The notes under the pieces are model-generated. The model had not been told where the DNA came from and searched no databases. It saw only the letters and a program-made list of their open reading frames with translations. From an uncultured Acidobacteriota bacterium (lineage in GTDB: Bacteria > Acidobacteriota > Thermoanaerobaculia > UBA5066): a DNA stretch of 64,000 nucleotides. The position numbers and the translations under genes are program-made. Below, piece after piece: positions 18,078 to 27,390 of the stretch. Positions within the stretch are counted from its first letter, which is position 1; every line of letters starts with the position of its first letter. Where the stretch lies: assembly GCA_963779415.1 (NCBI GenBank), contig CAVZYA010000001.1, forward strand, positions 2,112,001 through 2,176,000. Reading direction: 5' to 3'.

Positions 18078-20387
18078 TCAACTACCCGTCGCGGACGCCA
18101 CCGGGAGATTCGCGGCCGCGGCGTCCTTTCCCCCGCCCTGGAGAACCGAGCGCAGGGTGGCGACGACGATCGGGACGACGCCGAAAACGAGGAACGTCGA
18201 ATCCGCGACGACCCGTAGCCACTCGAGCGTGTGGTAGGTGCCCGTCATGAGGTACGCCTGCCGGCGCGCATGCCAGTAGCCGTTCGCGAGCGAGTCCCAG
18301 AGCTGCAGGACACCGGCCGGGAAGAGATCGAGAAGGAGCATGAGCGCCAGCCCGACGTTGAGCCCCCAGAAGCCCGTTCTGACGAGGCGCTCCACCCGAG
18401 CCCATCGCTCCTCGCTCTGAAGGGCCCGGAGGCAGTAGACGACGACCGCGAGCGCCAGCATCCCGAAGACACCGAACATCGCGGCATGGCCGTGGTTGGC
18501 GGTCAGCGTCGTCCCGATCTCGAAATACGAGACGACGGGGAGGTTGATCAGAAAGCCGAAGATGCCGGCGCCGACGAAGTTCCAGACGCCGACCGCCATG
18601 AGGAAGTAGACGGCCCACTTCTGGGCCGCCGAGAGCGTCACGCCGCACGCCCCGCACGTCCGGTTCTTCAGCCGGATGAAGTCCCACGCGTCGAGCGTGA
18701 GGAGCGTCAAGGGAACGACCTCCATCGCGGAGAACGTCGCCGCGAAGCCCATGTTGAGCGTCCCCTGTCCCGTGAAGTACCAGTGGTGGCCCGTCCCGAT
18801 GATGCCCGCCCCGAGGTAGAGGATCGCGTCGAGGTAGACGACGCGCGTCGCCGTCTTCGCGCTCACGAGCCCCATCTGGAAGAACATCACCGCGACGAGG
18901 ACCGTCGCGAAGAGCTCGAAGAAGCCCTCGACCCAGAGATGGATGATCCAGAAGCGCCAGTTGTCGATCACCGCCGGGTTCGTATGCGGACCGTAGAAGA
19001 GCGCCGGGAGGTAGAAGAGAGGGATCGCGACCGCGATGTAGAGAAAGAGAGAGGCGAGGGTGCCCGTCGTCGGGTGCTTCATCGCCGGGCGGAGCGCCCG
19101 AAACATCAGGACGAGCCAGAGGACGAGGCCCGCCGCGAGGAGGAGCTGCCAGAAGCGGCCCAGGTCGAGGTACTCCGAGCCCTGGTGTCCGAACCAGAAC
19201 CAGAACTTCCCGAGCGCATTGCGCAGGCCGAGGAACTCGCCGAAGAGGCTTCCGAAGACGACGACCGCGAGCGCGCCGAGGAGGGCGAGGGCTCCTGCCT
19301 TCTGGCCCTTCGGGTCGCCCCCGCCGAGGAGCGGCGCGAGGAAGAGGCCGCCGGCGACCCACGCCGTCGCGATCCAGAAGATCGCGAGCTGCAGATGCCA
19401 CGTTCTCAGGAGCGTGTACGGCAGGACCGACGCGAGGTCGAACCCGTAGAACGACCCCGGCTCGACGCGGTAGTGCGCGAGGGCGCCGCCCGCGAGCGTC
19501 TGGAGGAGAAAGAGGATCGCCACGACAGCGAGGAACCAGCCCATGACCTTCTGGCTCGGCGTGAGAGCCATCGTCTTCGGCGCCTCGTGGCGGTGCTCCG
19601 TGCCCGCCTCCGCCCTCCAACCGAGGAAGTCGAACTTTCCGAAGAGGAAGAGGATCGTGCCGAGCCCGCCGAGAAGGGCGATGAGGGAGAGGCCGCTCCA
19701 GAGGTACGCGGCCGAGGTCGGGCGATTGCCGACGAGGGGCTCGTAGGGGAAGTTGTTGGTGTACGAATAGTCCTTCCCCGGGCGGTTCGTCACGGTCGCC
19801 CACGTCGCCCAAGAGAAGTACGCCGCGAGGGCATCGAGCTCCTTCGAGTCCCTGATGTAGTGGGCGGGGAGGCCGGGGGCGCCCGCCGGTCCGTCGAAGT
19901 AGGCGGCCCACTCTCTTCGGGCCGTTTCGAAGGCGGCGACGGCACCGCCCGAGAAGGTGATCGTCTTCGTCGCCGCGTCGAACGTGTTCCGGCGGAGGAT
20001 GCGCCGGGTCTCGTCGGCGACCGCGGCCTTGCGGCCCTCGTCGAGCTCTGCGTACGCGGACTGATGGCGCGACCGCGCAACCGTCTCTTGCGTGACCTCG
20101 GCGAGGCGGTGCAGCGTTTCGGCCGTGTAATCCGGCCCGAGATACGCGCCGTGGCCCCAGAGCGTGCCGTGCTCCATCAGGCCGTACTTGAGGAAGACCT
20201 CCTGCCCGGCGAGGATTTCGGGACCCGTGAAGACCGTGCGGCCGGACTCGTCGACGACCCGGTCCGGAATGGGAGGCGCGTTCCGGTACGTCTGCACCGT
20301 CACGACCGACAGTACCGAGAAACCGAAGATCATCGCGAGGATGGCGCCGTGCCGCCACCAGGGAGACAGCCTTCCGGAGTCGGGCAT
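18078..20387 (-). CDS. norB: quinol-dependent nitric oxide reductase (qNor)
   Basis: GHGAYLGPD, SYTNNFPY, TWHLQ, HLWVEGFFE, GTGHHWY, SAMEVVP, HGHAAMFG; GGAGG RBS before 20387. Confidence 0.95.
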   Translation of the reverse strand: MPDSGRLSPWWRHGAILAMIFGFSVLSVVTVQTYRNAPPIPDRVVDESGRTVFTGPEILAGQEVFLKYGLMEHGTLWGHGAYLGPDYTAETLHRLAEVTQETVARSRHQSAYAELDEGRKAAVADETRRILRRNTFDAATKTITFSGGAVAAFETARREWAAYFDGPAGAPGLPAHYIRDSKELDALAAYFSWATWATVTNRPGKDYSYTNNFPYEPLVGNRPTSAAYLWSGLSLIALLGGLGTILFLFGKFDFLGWRAEAGTEHRHEAPKTMALTPSQKVMGWFLAVVAILFLLQTLAGGALAHYRVEPGSFYGFDLASVLPYTLLRTWHLQLAIFWIATAWVAGGLFLAPLLGGGDPKGQKAGALALLGALAVVVFGSLFGEFLGLRNALGKFWFWFGHQGSEYLDLGRFWQLLLAAGLVLWLVLMFRALRPAMKHPTTGTLASLFLYIAVAIPLFYLPALFYGPHTNPAVIDNWRFWIIHLWVEGFFELFATVLVAVMFFQMGLVSAKTATRVVYLDAILYLGAGIIGTGHHWYFTGQGTLNMGFAATFSAMEVVPLTLLTLDAWDFIRLKNRTCGACGVTLSAAQKWAVYFLMAVGVWNFVGAGIFGFLINLPVVSYFEIGTTLTANHGHAAMFGVFGMLALAVVVYCLRALQSEERWARVERLVRTGFWGLNVGLALMLLLDLFPAGVLQLWDSLANGYWHARRQAYLMTGTYHTLEWLRVVADSTFLVFGVVPIVVATLRSVLQGGGKDAAAANLPVASATGS

Positions 20388-20432
20388 CGGATCCCTCCGC
20401 CGGTGAGCGTACGCGGACGGATCGTCCCGCGG

Positions 20433-20448
20433 TATGACCGCCGTCATA
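20433..20448. promoter_or_regulatory. Crp/Fnr-family operator palindrome TATGAC-N4-GTCATA between norB and ric
   Basis: Perfect inverted repeat with FNR/DNR-like spacing; -10-like hexamers TATCGT (20470-20475, +) and TACGCT (20411-20406, -) are exactly symmetric about it. Confidence 0.75.
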
Positions 20449-20497
20449 GGCCCTCGGCATGCGGTCGCCTATCGTCCTTCCCGACAGGAGAACGACC

Positions 20498-21217
20498 ATG
20501 GAATTCGAGGCCGGCACCATCGCAGCTCTCGCGATCGAAAACCCCCAGGCCATCCCGACTCTCGAGAGGCTCGGCATCGACTACTGCTGCGGTGGCTCGG
20601 CCACCGTCGAGGACGCCTGCCGGCGCGCGGGCGTCGACCCGTCGGAGCTCCGGACTTTCGTCGGAGCGCCGGGGCGACCCGAGGGCCGCAACTGGGAAAG
20701 GGAATCCCTCACGGCTCTCGTCGGCTTCATTCAGGAGACACACCACGCCTTCACGCGCGATGCGATCGCGGCAGTGTCGCCTCTCGCCGCGAAAGTGCTC
20801 GGCCGCCATGGCGAGAACCATCCGGAGACCCGGACGGTCGAGCAGCTCGTTCGTCGGCTCGGCGACGACCTCGGCCCTCACCTCCTCAAGGAAGAACGGA
20901 TTCTCTTCCCGTACATCGTTTCGCTCGAGGCGGCTGCGGCTTCCGGCCAACAACCCGACAGCTGCTTCGGGACGGTGCGGAACCCGATCCGGATGATGAT
21001 GGGCGAGCACGAGGCCGTGCGCGGGATTCTCGTCGAGCTGCGCGAGGTCACGGGCGGATACGCTCCGCCGGGCGACTCCTGCGCCTCGTTTCAGGCCCTC
21101 TACGCCGGCCTGAAGGAACTCGAGGCCGACCTTCACCGGCACATCCACCTCGAGAACAACATCCTGTTTCCACGAGCGCTCGCGCTCGAGGAAGGCCGGC
21201 CCGCCCGCGGCCAATGA
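20498..21217 (+). CDS. ric: iron-sulfur cluster repair di-iron protein (Ric/YtfE/ScdA)
   Basis: GIDYCCGG, THHAF, HLLKEERILFP, MMGEH, HIHLENNILFP. Confidence 0.95.
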   Translation: MEFEAGTIAALAIENPQAIPTLERLGIDYCCGGSATVEDACRRAGVDPSELRTFVGAPGRPEGRNWERESLTALVGFIQETHHAFTRDAIAAVSPLAAKVLGRHGENHPETRTVEQLVRRLGDDLGPHLLKEERILFPYIVSLEAAAASGQQPDSCFGTVRNPIRMMMGEHEAVRGILVELREVTGGYAPPGDSCASFQALYAGLKELEADLHRHIHLENNILFPRALALEEGRPARGQ

Positions 21218-21271
21218 CGAAAGGGGCCTGAGTCCCGCCGCTCGTTCCCCGGACCGTCTATCCTCGAGGCG

Positions 21272-21952
21272 GTGTCCTCGGCCCTTCCCCACTTCGACGC
21301 CGTCCCGCTCCTCCAGTGCCTCAACGCTCGCGAGAGGAAGCTGCTGGCCCCCATCTGCCGTGCGGTCGCGTACGAGAAGGGTGAGGAGATCTTTCGCGAA
21401 GGGGAGCCTGCGGCCGACCTTTGCTTCGTCGTGATCGGTCGCGTGAAGATCGTCAAGGCGGCGCCGGACCGCGACGTGATCCTGGGTCTCTTCGGCCCGG
21501 GAGAGCCCGTCGGGGCGGTGGCGGTCTTCGAGGGAAAGCGGTTCCCCGCTTCCGCCGTCGCGCTCGAGCCGTCCACGATCCTCCATTTCCCCGAGCGGGA
21601 GTTCTTCGCGACGATCGACGCCCATCCCGAGATGACCCGGCGGCTCCTGCAAGGCCTCATGCTCCGCCAGTTCGAGATCACCCGGCGCCTCGCCGATCTC
21701 ACCGGCCCGGTCGAGAAGCGGATCGCCAGCCTTCTTCTCATGCTGGCGACGCGCGTCGGAAAGCGCGAAGGCGCCGGGGCCACGATTCCGCTCGTCCTCT
21801 CGCGTCAGGAAATCGCGGACCTGACCGCGACGACGGTCGAGACGGCGATTCGCGTGATGAGCCGCTGGGGGAAGGAAAAGGTCGTGCTCACCGGTCCGGA
21901 CGGCTTCACGGTTCCGGACCTTCTCGCACTCAGGGTCCTCACGGAAGGTTGA
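21272..21952 (+). CDS. Crp/Fnr family transcriptional regulator (DNR/HcpR/NnrR-like)
   Basis: IFREGE cNMP-binding fold; HTH LSRQEIADLTATTVETAIRVMS; no FNR Cys cluster; next to norB and ric. Confidence 0.9.
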   Translation: MSSALPHFDAVPLLQCLNARERKLLAPICRAVAYEKGEEIFREGEPAADLCFVVIGRVKIVKAAPDRDVILGLFGPGEPVGAVAVFEGKRFPASAVALEPSTILHFPEREFFATIDAHPEMTRRLLQGLMLRQFEITRRLADLTGPVEKRIASLLLMLATRVGKREGAGATIPLVLSRQEIADLTATTVETAIRVMSRWGKEKVVLTGPDGFTVPDLLALRVLTEG

Positions 21953-22111
21953 AGAACGTTTTCCTTCCTGGCGCGGTTCGCCCGCACGGCGCCCGTCATC
22001 GTGGCGCTGGAACTTCACGACCAGGAAGCGCCGTTGCCACCTTCGCAACCGCCGGTGGACCAAATGCAGATCCCGTCGTCCCGATGGAGGAGCTTCCCTC
22101 CGCGCGCGACC

Positions 22112-22939
22112 TTACTGTTTGACCAGCTCCACGCGCCGGTTCTTCGCCCGGCCGTCGTCGCTGTCGTTCGAGGCGACCGGAACGAGAGGACCCACGCCGT
22201 AGCTCTTCAGCCGCCCGGCGCCGATGCCATGCGTCGTGGTCAACGCCGTTACGACCGCCTCGGCCCGCGCCTGCGCCAGCTTCATGTTCGCGTCGACCGC
22301 TCCGACCGAATCGGTATGCCCGACGACCCAGAGCTTCAACGACGGATCGGCCGTGAGGAGCTTCGCCACTTCCAGGAGCGCGGGTGTCGACTCGGGCTTC
22401 AGGGCCGACTTGGCGGTGTCGAAGTAGATCCCGTAGACCGCCACGTGTCCCGTCGCCCGGATGTCATTCCCGAAGGAGGCCGCGTCCGCGACGACGTGCT
22501 GCGTCATCGCCTGCTTCTCGACGACCCGAAGCCAGATCGCGGAGTTCCCCTTCTCGGCCTCGACCCAGACTTCCTTCCCGTCGACGACGGCCGAGCCGGT
22601 CATCCACCTCTGCGGGTCCGACCCCTGGACCGCGCCACCGATCTTCTTCAGGGCGTTCTCGTAGTTCCGGACGACGGCGACGCCGGACTGGTCGTCTTTC
22701 CGGTCGTCAACCGTGTAGGTGATGAAGGTGAACTTCCCCTCCACCGTCTGCTTCTTTCCGTTGGCGACGCGGAACGCATAAGCGTCGAACTCCTTCACCT
22801 CGCATGCATGGATCCGGTAGTTCGGCATCCGCGTCGGGAAAAGCGAATGGTCGCTGCAGCCCGGCTTGTCGGGCTTCACCGCGAGGGCGGCCCCGGAGCC
22901 GAGAAGGAACACGAGGATGGCGAACCGGGCTTTCATCAT
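22112..22939 (-). CDS. OmpA-family peptidoglycan-binding protein (DUF4892-like N-domain)
   Basis: Signal peptide; GIYFDTAK, VVGHTD, RAEAVV, NRRVELV. Confidence 0.88.
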   Translation of the reverse strand: MMKARFAILVFLLGSGAALAVKPDKPGCSDHSLFPTRMPNYRIHACEVKEFDAYAFRVANGKKQTVEGKFTFITYTVDDRKDDQSGVAVVRNYENALKKIGGAVQGSDPQRWMTGSAVVDGKEVWVEAEKGNSAIWLRVVEKQAMTQHVVADAASFGNDIRATGHVAVYGIYFDTAKSALKPESTPALLEVAKLLTADPSLKLWVVGHTDSVGAVDANMKLAQARAEAVVTALTTTHGIGAGRLKSYGVGPLVPVASNDSDDGRAKNRRVELVKQ

Positions 22940-23127
22940 CGACTTTCTCCTGACTTTCATTCTGTTCGACATTCTGGCGCGTGGAACTCACCGCTCGCCT
23001 GACGCAACTGCATCACCGGATGCCATCGGATCCCTGCGGACCGTTCGAGACCGGCAGCGTTGATCTTCAATCCCAGGGGTAGACTCGAGATCGAAGCCGC
23101 GATCGCCGGTTCCGCGGAGGAGCCTCC

Positions 23128-23256
23128 ATGGATTTCGCTCCCGGCACCCGTCTCGGTCCGTACGGGCTCGTCTCGACCCCCGGCGCAAGAGAAATGGGCG
23201 AGATTCGGGAGCGGTCCCGGAAGCTGACCCGACAAAGGGCGGTGAAGCATGCCTGA
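23128..23256 (+). pseudogene. 42-codon relic of a Ser/Thr kinase N-terminus
   Basis: GGAGG RBS; MDFAPGTRLGPYGLVSTPGAREMGEIRERSRKLTRQRAVKHA* aligns to [41 protein letters not shown] at 48006. Confidence 0.75.
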
Positions 23257-24166
23257 ATTCCGAAAACTCGCGAAAGACGTCTACGTCTTTCTACAGCCGC
23301 CCCTAATCTGGTACAGCAGCGCCGGGGTCATCATCGGCGACCGCGACGTGATCGTGGTCGACAGTCTGGCCAATGCTGAGATGACCCGGAGCCTGCGGGC
23401 GGAAATCCGCCGGGTGACGGACAAGCCGATCCGCTTTCTGATCAATACCCATTCCCACGCGGATCACGTCTACACCAATCACCTCTTCCCGGAGGCCACG
23501 GTCATCAGCACACACCGGGGGCGCGAGAAGACGGAGGCCAACCAGAAGGTCCAGAGAGAGCATGATGCACTGCTCGCCCGACTCTTCTCCGATGTGGATT
23601 TGAGAGGCGGCCGCTACACTCCTCAGGACATCAGCTTCAGCGGCACTCTTTCCCTCCATCAGGGGAGGCGCGAGGTTCACGTGCTCGAACTCGGCGTCGG
23701 ACATTCCGAATCCGACGCGGTGGTGCATTTGCCTGCAGAACGGATCGTCTTCTGTGGCGACGTCTTCTTGAACGGCATGTCGCCACTGCCCGGGGAGGGG
23801 CACGTCACCCGGACCATCGCCAACTACAAGGCCATCGAGACCCTCGAAGCCGACATCTACGTGGCGGGACACGGCGATCCGGGAACCCTGGCGGACGTGC
23901 GCGCCCAGAGAACGATGCTGGAACGCCGGTTTCTGCACGCCAGGGACTGTTTCGAGCGGGGCATGAGCTACCAGGCGGCGCTGCAGGCCCTGGCCGTCGA
24001 CGGCACTCTGCTGGATTCCCAGAGATTGATCATCCTGGCCAGCTACTGCGAATTCACGGGCGAGCCGCCCCAACGCATCGACCCTGCCATTCAGAACCAC
24101 CTGACCATGCTGCAGGGCATCGCCACCGAAGCCAAACAGCGGCTCGGCAGGAGAGGGTCGAACTGA
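23249..24166 (+). CDS. MBL-fold metallo-hydrolase
   Basis: NTHSHADH, GHSESD, FCGD, AGHG. Confidence 0.88.
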   Translation: MPEFRKLAKDVYVFLQPPLIWYSSAGVIIGDRDVIVVDSLANAEMTRSLRAEIRRVTDKPIRFLINTHSHADHVYTNHLFPEATVISTHRGREKTEANQKVQREHDALLARLFSDVDLRGGRYTPQDISFSGTLSLHQGRREVHVLELGVGHSESDAVVHLPAERIVFCGDVFLNGMSPLPGEGHVTRTIANYKAIETLEADIYVAGHGDPGTLADVRAQRTMLERRFLHARDCFERGMSYQAALQALAVDGTLLDSQRLIILASYCEFTGEPPQRIDPAIQNHLTMLQGIATEAKQRLGRRGSN

Positions 24167-24282
24167 CAGGCCGGCGTTTCCCTCGCTCCCATGCCTTGCC
24201 TTGGCAACTCGACTCGACTTCGAAATCGTTCCGGCGACTCCGGCTTTCGCGAAGGGGAAGAACAGCTCCGCGAACGGCAATC

Positions 24283-26394
24283 TCAGTTCGGTCCGAGCCA
24301 GAGGTGAACGCCGGCGAAGAGCTGAGCCGTCGGAGCCGGCTGGTACGAGTTCCCGTCCGGGTCCGGTTCGGTGAAGGCGATGTACTTCTTTCCCGTCAGG
24401 TTGAGAAGCGCGAGGGTGGCCTCCCCCCGATGCCAGCGTCCCTTCCAGCTATAAGAGGCCCTCGCATTCAGCAAGGTGTACCCCCCCGCCCAGGTCAGGT
24501 TGGAGGCGTCGACGTAGGAACGCGTCTGAAGCGGCACGCCGAGGCCGATGACCAGATTCGGGATCGGCGTCACCTGGAGGTTCAGATAGAGTTGGCTCTC
24601 CGGCGAGTTGGGCATGTAGACGTTCGAGTAAGTCCCGAAGAGGCTCTCGACGTACGTGTACTTGAAGTTCGAGTAGGTGTACGCCAGCTGGGCCAGGAAG
24701 ACCGGCGAAGGGGACCAGCCGACCTGTGTCTCGATCCCGTAGCGCCGGCTCGCGCCGAGGTTCCCGTAGAAGGTCTCGAGCGGCCGGCCCGGAACGCGGT
24801 ACCTCCCGAAGTCGTGCTCCGTGTCGAGGCGGAAGCCGGCCAGGTCCCACGACACGCTCCGCCAGAGGACGCCGCGCGCGCCGATCTCCCAGCCCTGCGA
24901 CGTCGCGGGGACGAGGTTCGTGTTGAAGCCGCCGAAGGCCGCCGGGTTGTTGGCCAGCTCCTCGGTCGCGGGGGGGATGAAGCCCTGTCCCCAGCTCGCA
25001 TAGAGTCCGAAGCTCGGGTTCGGGTTCCAGGTGACGCCCACCCTGCCGGTGGCCTTGTCGAAGTCCGCGTCACCGGACCGGTCGACGCCGCCGGCCATCA
25101 GGTTGTCCTGGAGCCGGTTGGTGTTCCGGTCCCACCGGACCCCGAGAACGGCTCCCCATTGCGGGCCGAAATCGACGCGGTCGAGAAGGTAGACGCCGAG
25201 ACCGCCCTGATGGATGGTCTGGTCGGAGACGACGAGAGCCCCCTCCTGGGCCCCGCCGAGATTGGGGCGCCTGGTGTCGTCGATCGACTGTCCGTCGATG
25301 TCCATCCCGACGCTGAGATGGTTCTTGATCGCGCCGCTCCCGAGGTTGATCGAGTACTGGACGAAGGCGCCCGGGGTGTCGTACAGGCGGTGCTGGACCG
25401 TCGAAGGGACCGACTCCGTAAATTGCGTATTGCGGTAGTAGAGGGAGAAGGCGACCTCCTGGTTCGCCCCGAGCACCGTCTGGCCGGTGAGGCCAATGGT
25501 CCCGCGACGGGTCTGCTGATATTCGTTGTACGTGAGAGAGTCAGGGTTGGCCATCCTCCGGTTCTCGATCACTTGCTGTTCGTTCAGGCCCTCGGCGTTC
25601 TCGTTGAAGAAACTGGTCCCGGCGACGATCGCCGTCAGGTGCGTCGAGGATCCGACGGCGAATCCGAATTTGCCGTAGAGATTCGTCGCGTAGTACGCCG
25701 CGTGATCGCGATAGGCGTTCCCCATCATCCGGGAGGCGGAGACCCGGTAGTTCATCGGCCCCGAGACGCCCCCCGTCTCGCCGAGGACCTTCCAGAAGGC
25801 GTCCGTGCCGACACTTCCCGCGACGTCGACGGGATCCTGATCGTGCTCCCCGTCGCGCGTGACGATGTTGATGACGCCGCCGGCGCCGCCGCCCCCCCAG
25901 AGGGCGGAGGTGGGCCCGCGGAAAACCTCGACGCGCTGGACCGTGGCCCAGTCGACGTCGTAGAGGTCCGGCGCGAAGCCGGTCGGGTCGTTGAGAGGGA
26001 GGCCGTCGAGAAGAACCTTGATTCCGCGGATTCCCCTCTCCGTCAAGAGGCCTTGCCCGCGGATGGAGAGATGCACCCGCTCGCCGTCGGCCTGGTTGTC
26101 GACCTTCACGCCCGGCACGAGCTTCAGAGCTTCGTCGGCCGCGATCGACTTCGTCATCGTCTTGTCAATCGTCTCGGCGCCGACGACGCTCGTCGCGCCG
26201 GGGTTCTCACGGAGGGGGATTTCCATCCGCGGAGCCGTGACCATGACCTCCGCGCTCGCGAGGGGAACGGCGGGCTGATCGGATGGCGTTTCGGAGGAGG
26301 TCTGGGAGAGTGCAGGCCTGCCGGCGACTCCGAGGAGCGCCATGGAGACGGCGCCTGCACGAAGTGTCCACGAGAGGACATTCAGATGATTCAC
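24283..26394 (-). CDS. TonB-dependent receptor
   Basis: Signal peptide, VMVTAPR, LSIRGQG, RVEVFRGP...GGVINIVT plug, beta-barrel with LLNLTGKKY; AAGGAG RBS before GTG 26394. Confidence 0.9.
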   Translation of the reverse strand: MNHLNVLSWTLRAGAVSMALLGVAGRPALSQTSSETPSDQPAVPLASAEVMVTAPRMEIPLRENPGATSVVGAETIDKTMTKSIAADEALKLVPGVKVDNQADGERVHLSIRGQGLLTERGIRGIKVLLDGLPLNDPTGFAPDLYDVDWATVQRVEVFRGPTSALWGGGGAGGVINIVTRDGEHDQDPVDVAGSVGTDAFWKVLGETGGVSGPMNYRVSASRMMGNAYRDHAAYYATNLYGKFGFAVGSSTHLTAIVAGTSFFNENAEGLNEQQVIENRRMANPDSLTYNEYQQTRRGTIGLTGQTVLGANQEVAFSLYYRNTQFTESVPSTVQHRLYDTPGAFVQYSINLGSGAIKNHLSVGMDIDGQSIDDTRRPNLGGAQEGALVVSDQTIHQGGLGVYLLDRVDFGPQWGAVLGVRWDRNTNRLQDNLMAGGVDRSGDADFDKATGRVGVTWNPNPSFGLYASWGQGFIPPATEELANNPAAFGGFNTNLVPATSQGWEIGARGVLWRSVSWDLAGFRLDTEHDFGRYRVPGRPLETFYGNLGASRRYGIETQVGWSPSPVFLAQLAYTYSNFKYTYVESLFGTYSNVYMPNSPESQLYLNLQVTPIPNLVIGLGVPLQTRSYVDASNLTWAGGYTLLNARASYSWKGRWHRGEATLALLNLTGKKYIAFTEPDPDGNSYQPAPTAQLFAGVHLWLGPN

Positions 26395-26491
26395 GTGTTC
26401 ACTCCTTTCCGGCCAGGTCCAAGACGGACCAAGCCGAAGGGCCCGGGTGAAGTTCGCTGAGATTCTTCGGGAGCGGGCGAACGCCCGGGTC

Positions 26492-27154
26492 TCATTCCCT
26501 CGCGGGAACGATCCCGGCGGGGACGCCCCGTGCGCCCAGGTGGAGATCACGTGCGCCGTCGACTCTTCCGCGCGCCGCGGCCACCAACCGTCCGGATTGA
26601 GCGTCCGCGCAGGGACGCCCCTGGGACGACCGCGGCAGGGCCGGTCTGTCGCTCCCCTGACGAGACTCGACCGTCACCGGTCCGGAGAGATCGCAGGCCG
26701 CCGAAGGGAGACAGTCGTCCGGAGCGATCCACAGCTCGCCATCCCGGTGAAGAAGCGGTGCCATGCCGAAGCAGGGAGAAACGGAGATGGAGAACGGCTC
26801 ACCCGGCTCGCCGTCGGTCTCCCGCCCCTCCCGGCCGTACCGGATCCGGAGCCGCGCCGCGGAGACCGCGATGCGCGGAACATCCCACTGGAAGGATCCG
26901 GCCTGCGGGTCGATCTGCGGCGTCAGGCGGATGGAGGCGGCATCCAGGCCGTCGACCGACAGGAGCAGTTCCATCTCCTCCACGTCTTCGGGCAAGGGCG
27001 ACCAGCGGATCTCCACGGACGTTCCCGAGACGAGGGTCTCGCCGGCTCGGGGGAAGAGGACTCGTCCCCCTTCGGACCCGCTCGCACGAAGCGGGAGCCT
27101 CCATAGGAGAGCCACGACGGCGAGTGAGACAAGACGGAGCCACGGCCACCGCAC
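26492..27154 (-). CDS. hypothetical exported protein upstream of the TonB receptor
   Basis: Signal-like N-terminus, Ig-like segment FPRAGETLVSGTSVEIRWS...FQWDVP, low-complexity tail ending IVPARE. Confidence 0.6.
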   Translation of the reverse strand: MRWPWLRLVSLAVVALLWRLPLRASGSEGGRVLFPRAGETLVSGTSVEIRWSPLPEDVEEMELLLSVDGLDAASIRLTPQIDPQAGSFQWDVPRIAVSAARLRIRYGREGRETDGEPGEPFSISVSPCFGMAPLLHRDGELWIAPDDCLPSAACDLSGPVTVESRQGSDRPALPRSSQGRPCADAQSGRLVAAARGRVDGARDLHLGARGVPAGIVPARE

Positions 27155-27390
27155 CGGCGGCCGACTGGAAAGCCCGAGCCCGGTGAATCGGCTCTTCAGG
27201 ATTCCCGTCCTTTCCCGAGATGAAGACGACCAGAATCCTATCAGGGCCGACCTTGATCCGCACGCCCCCGGCTCGGGGCCGGACCAGGGATAGGATCGCG
27301 GTGACGATGGCGCTTCGACGACGGAACCGGAAACCCCCGAGACGTGAGGCAGGCCCGGCTCCCGGCCATCGCGGCGGGCGTTCGGCGTAG

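Noticed and set aside
18078-20387. NO dismutase (Nod) instead of qNor
   Set aside because: HLWVEGFFE, HH, SAMEVVP and HGH motifs look canonical for qNor.
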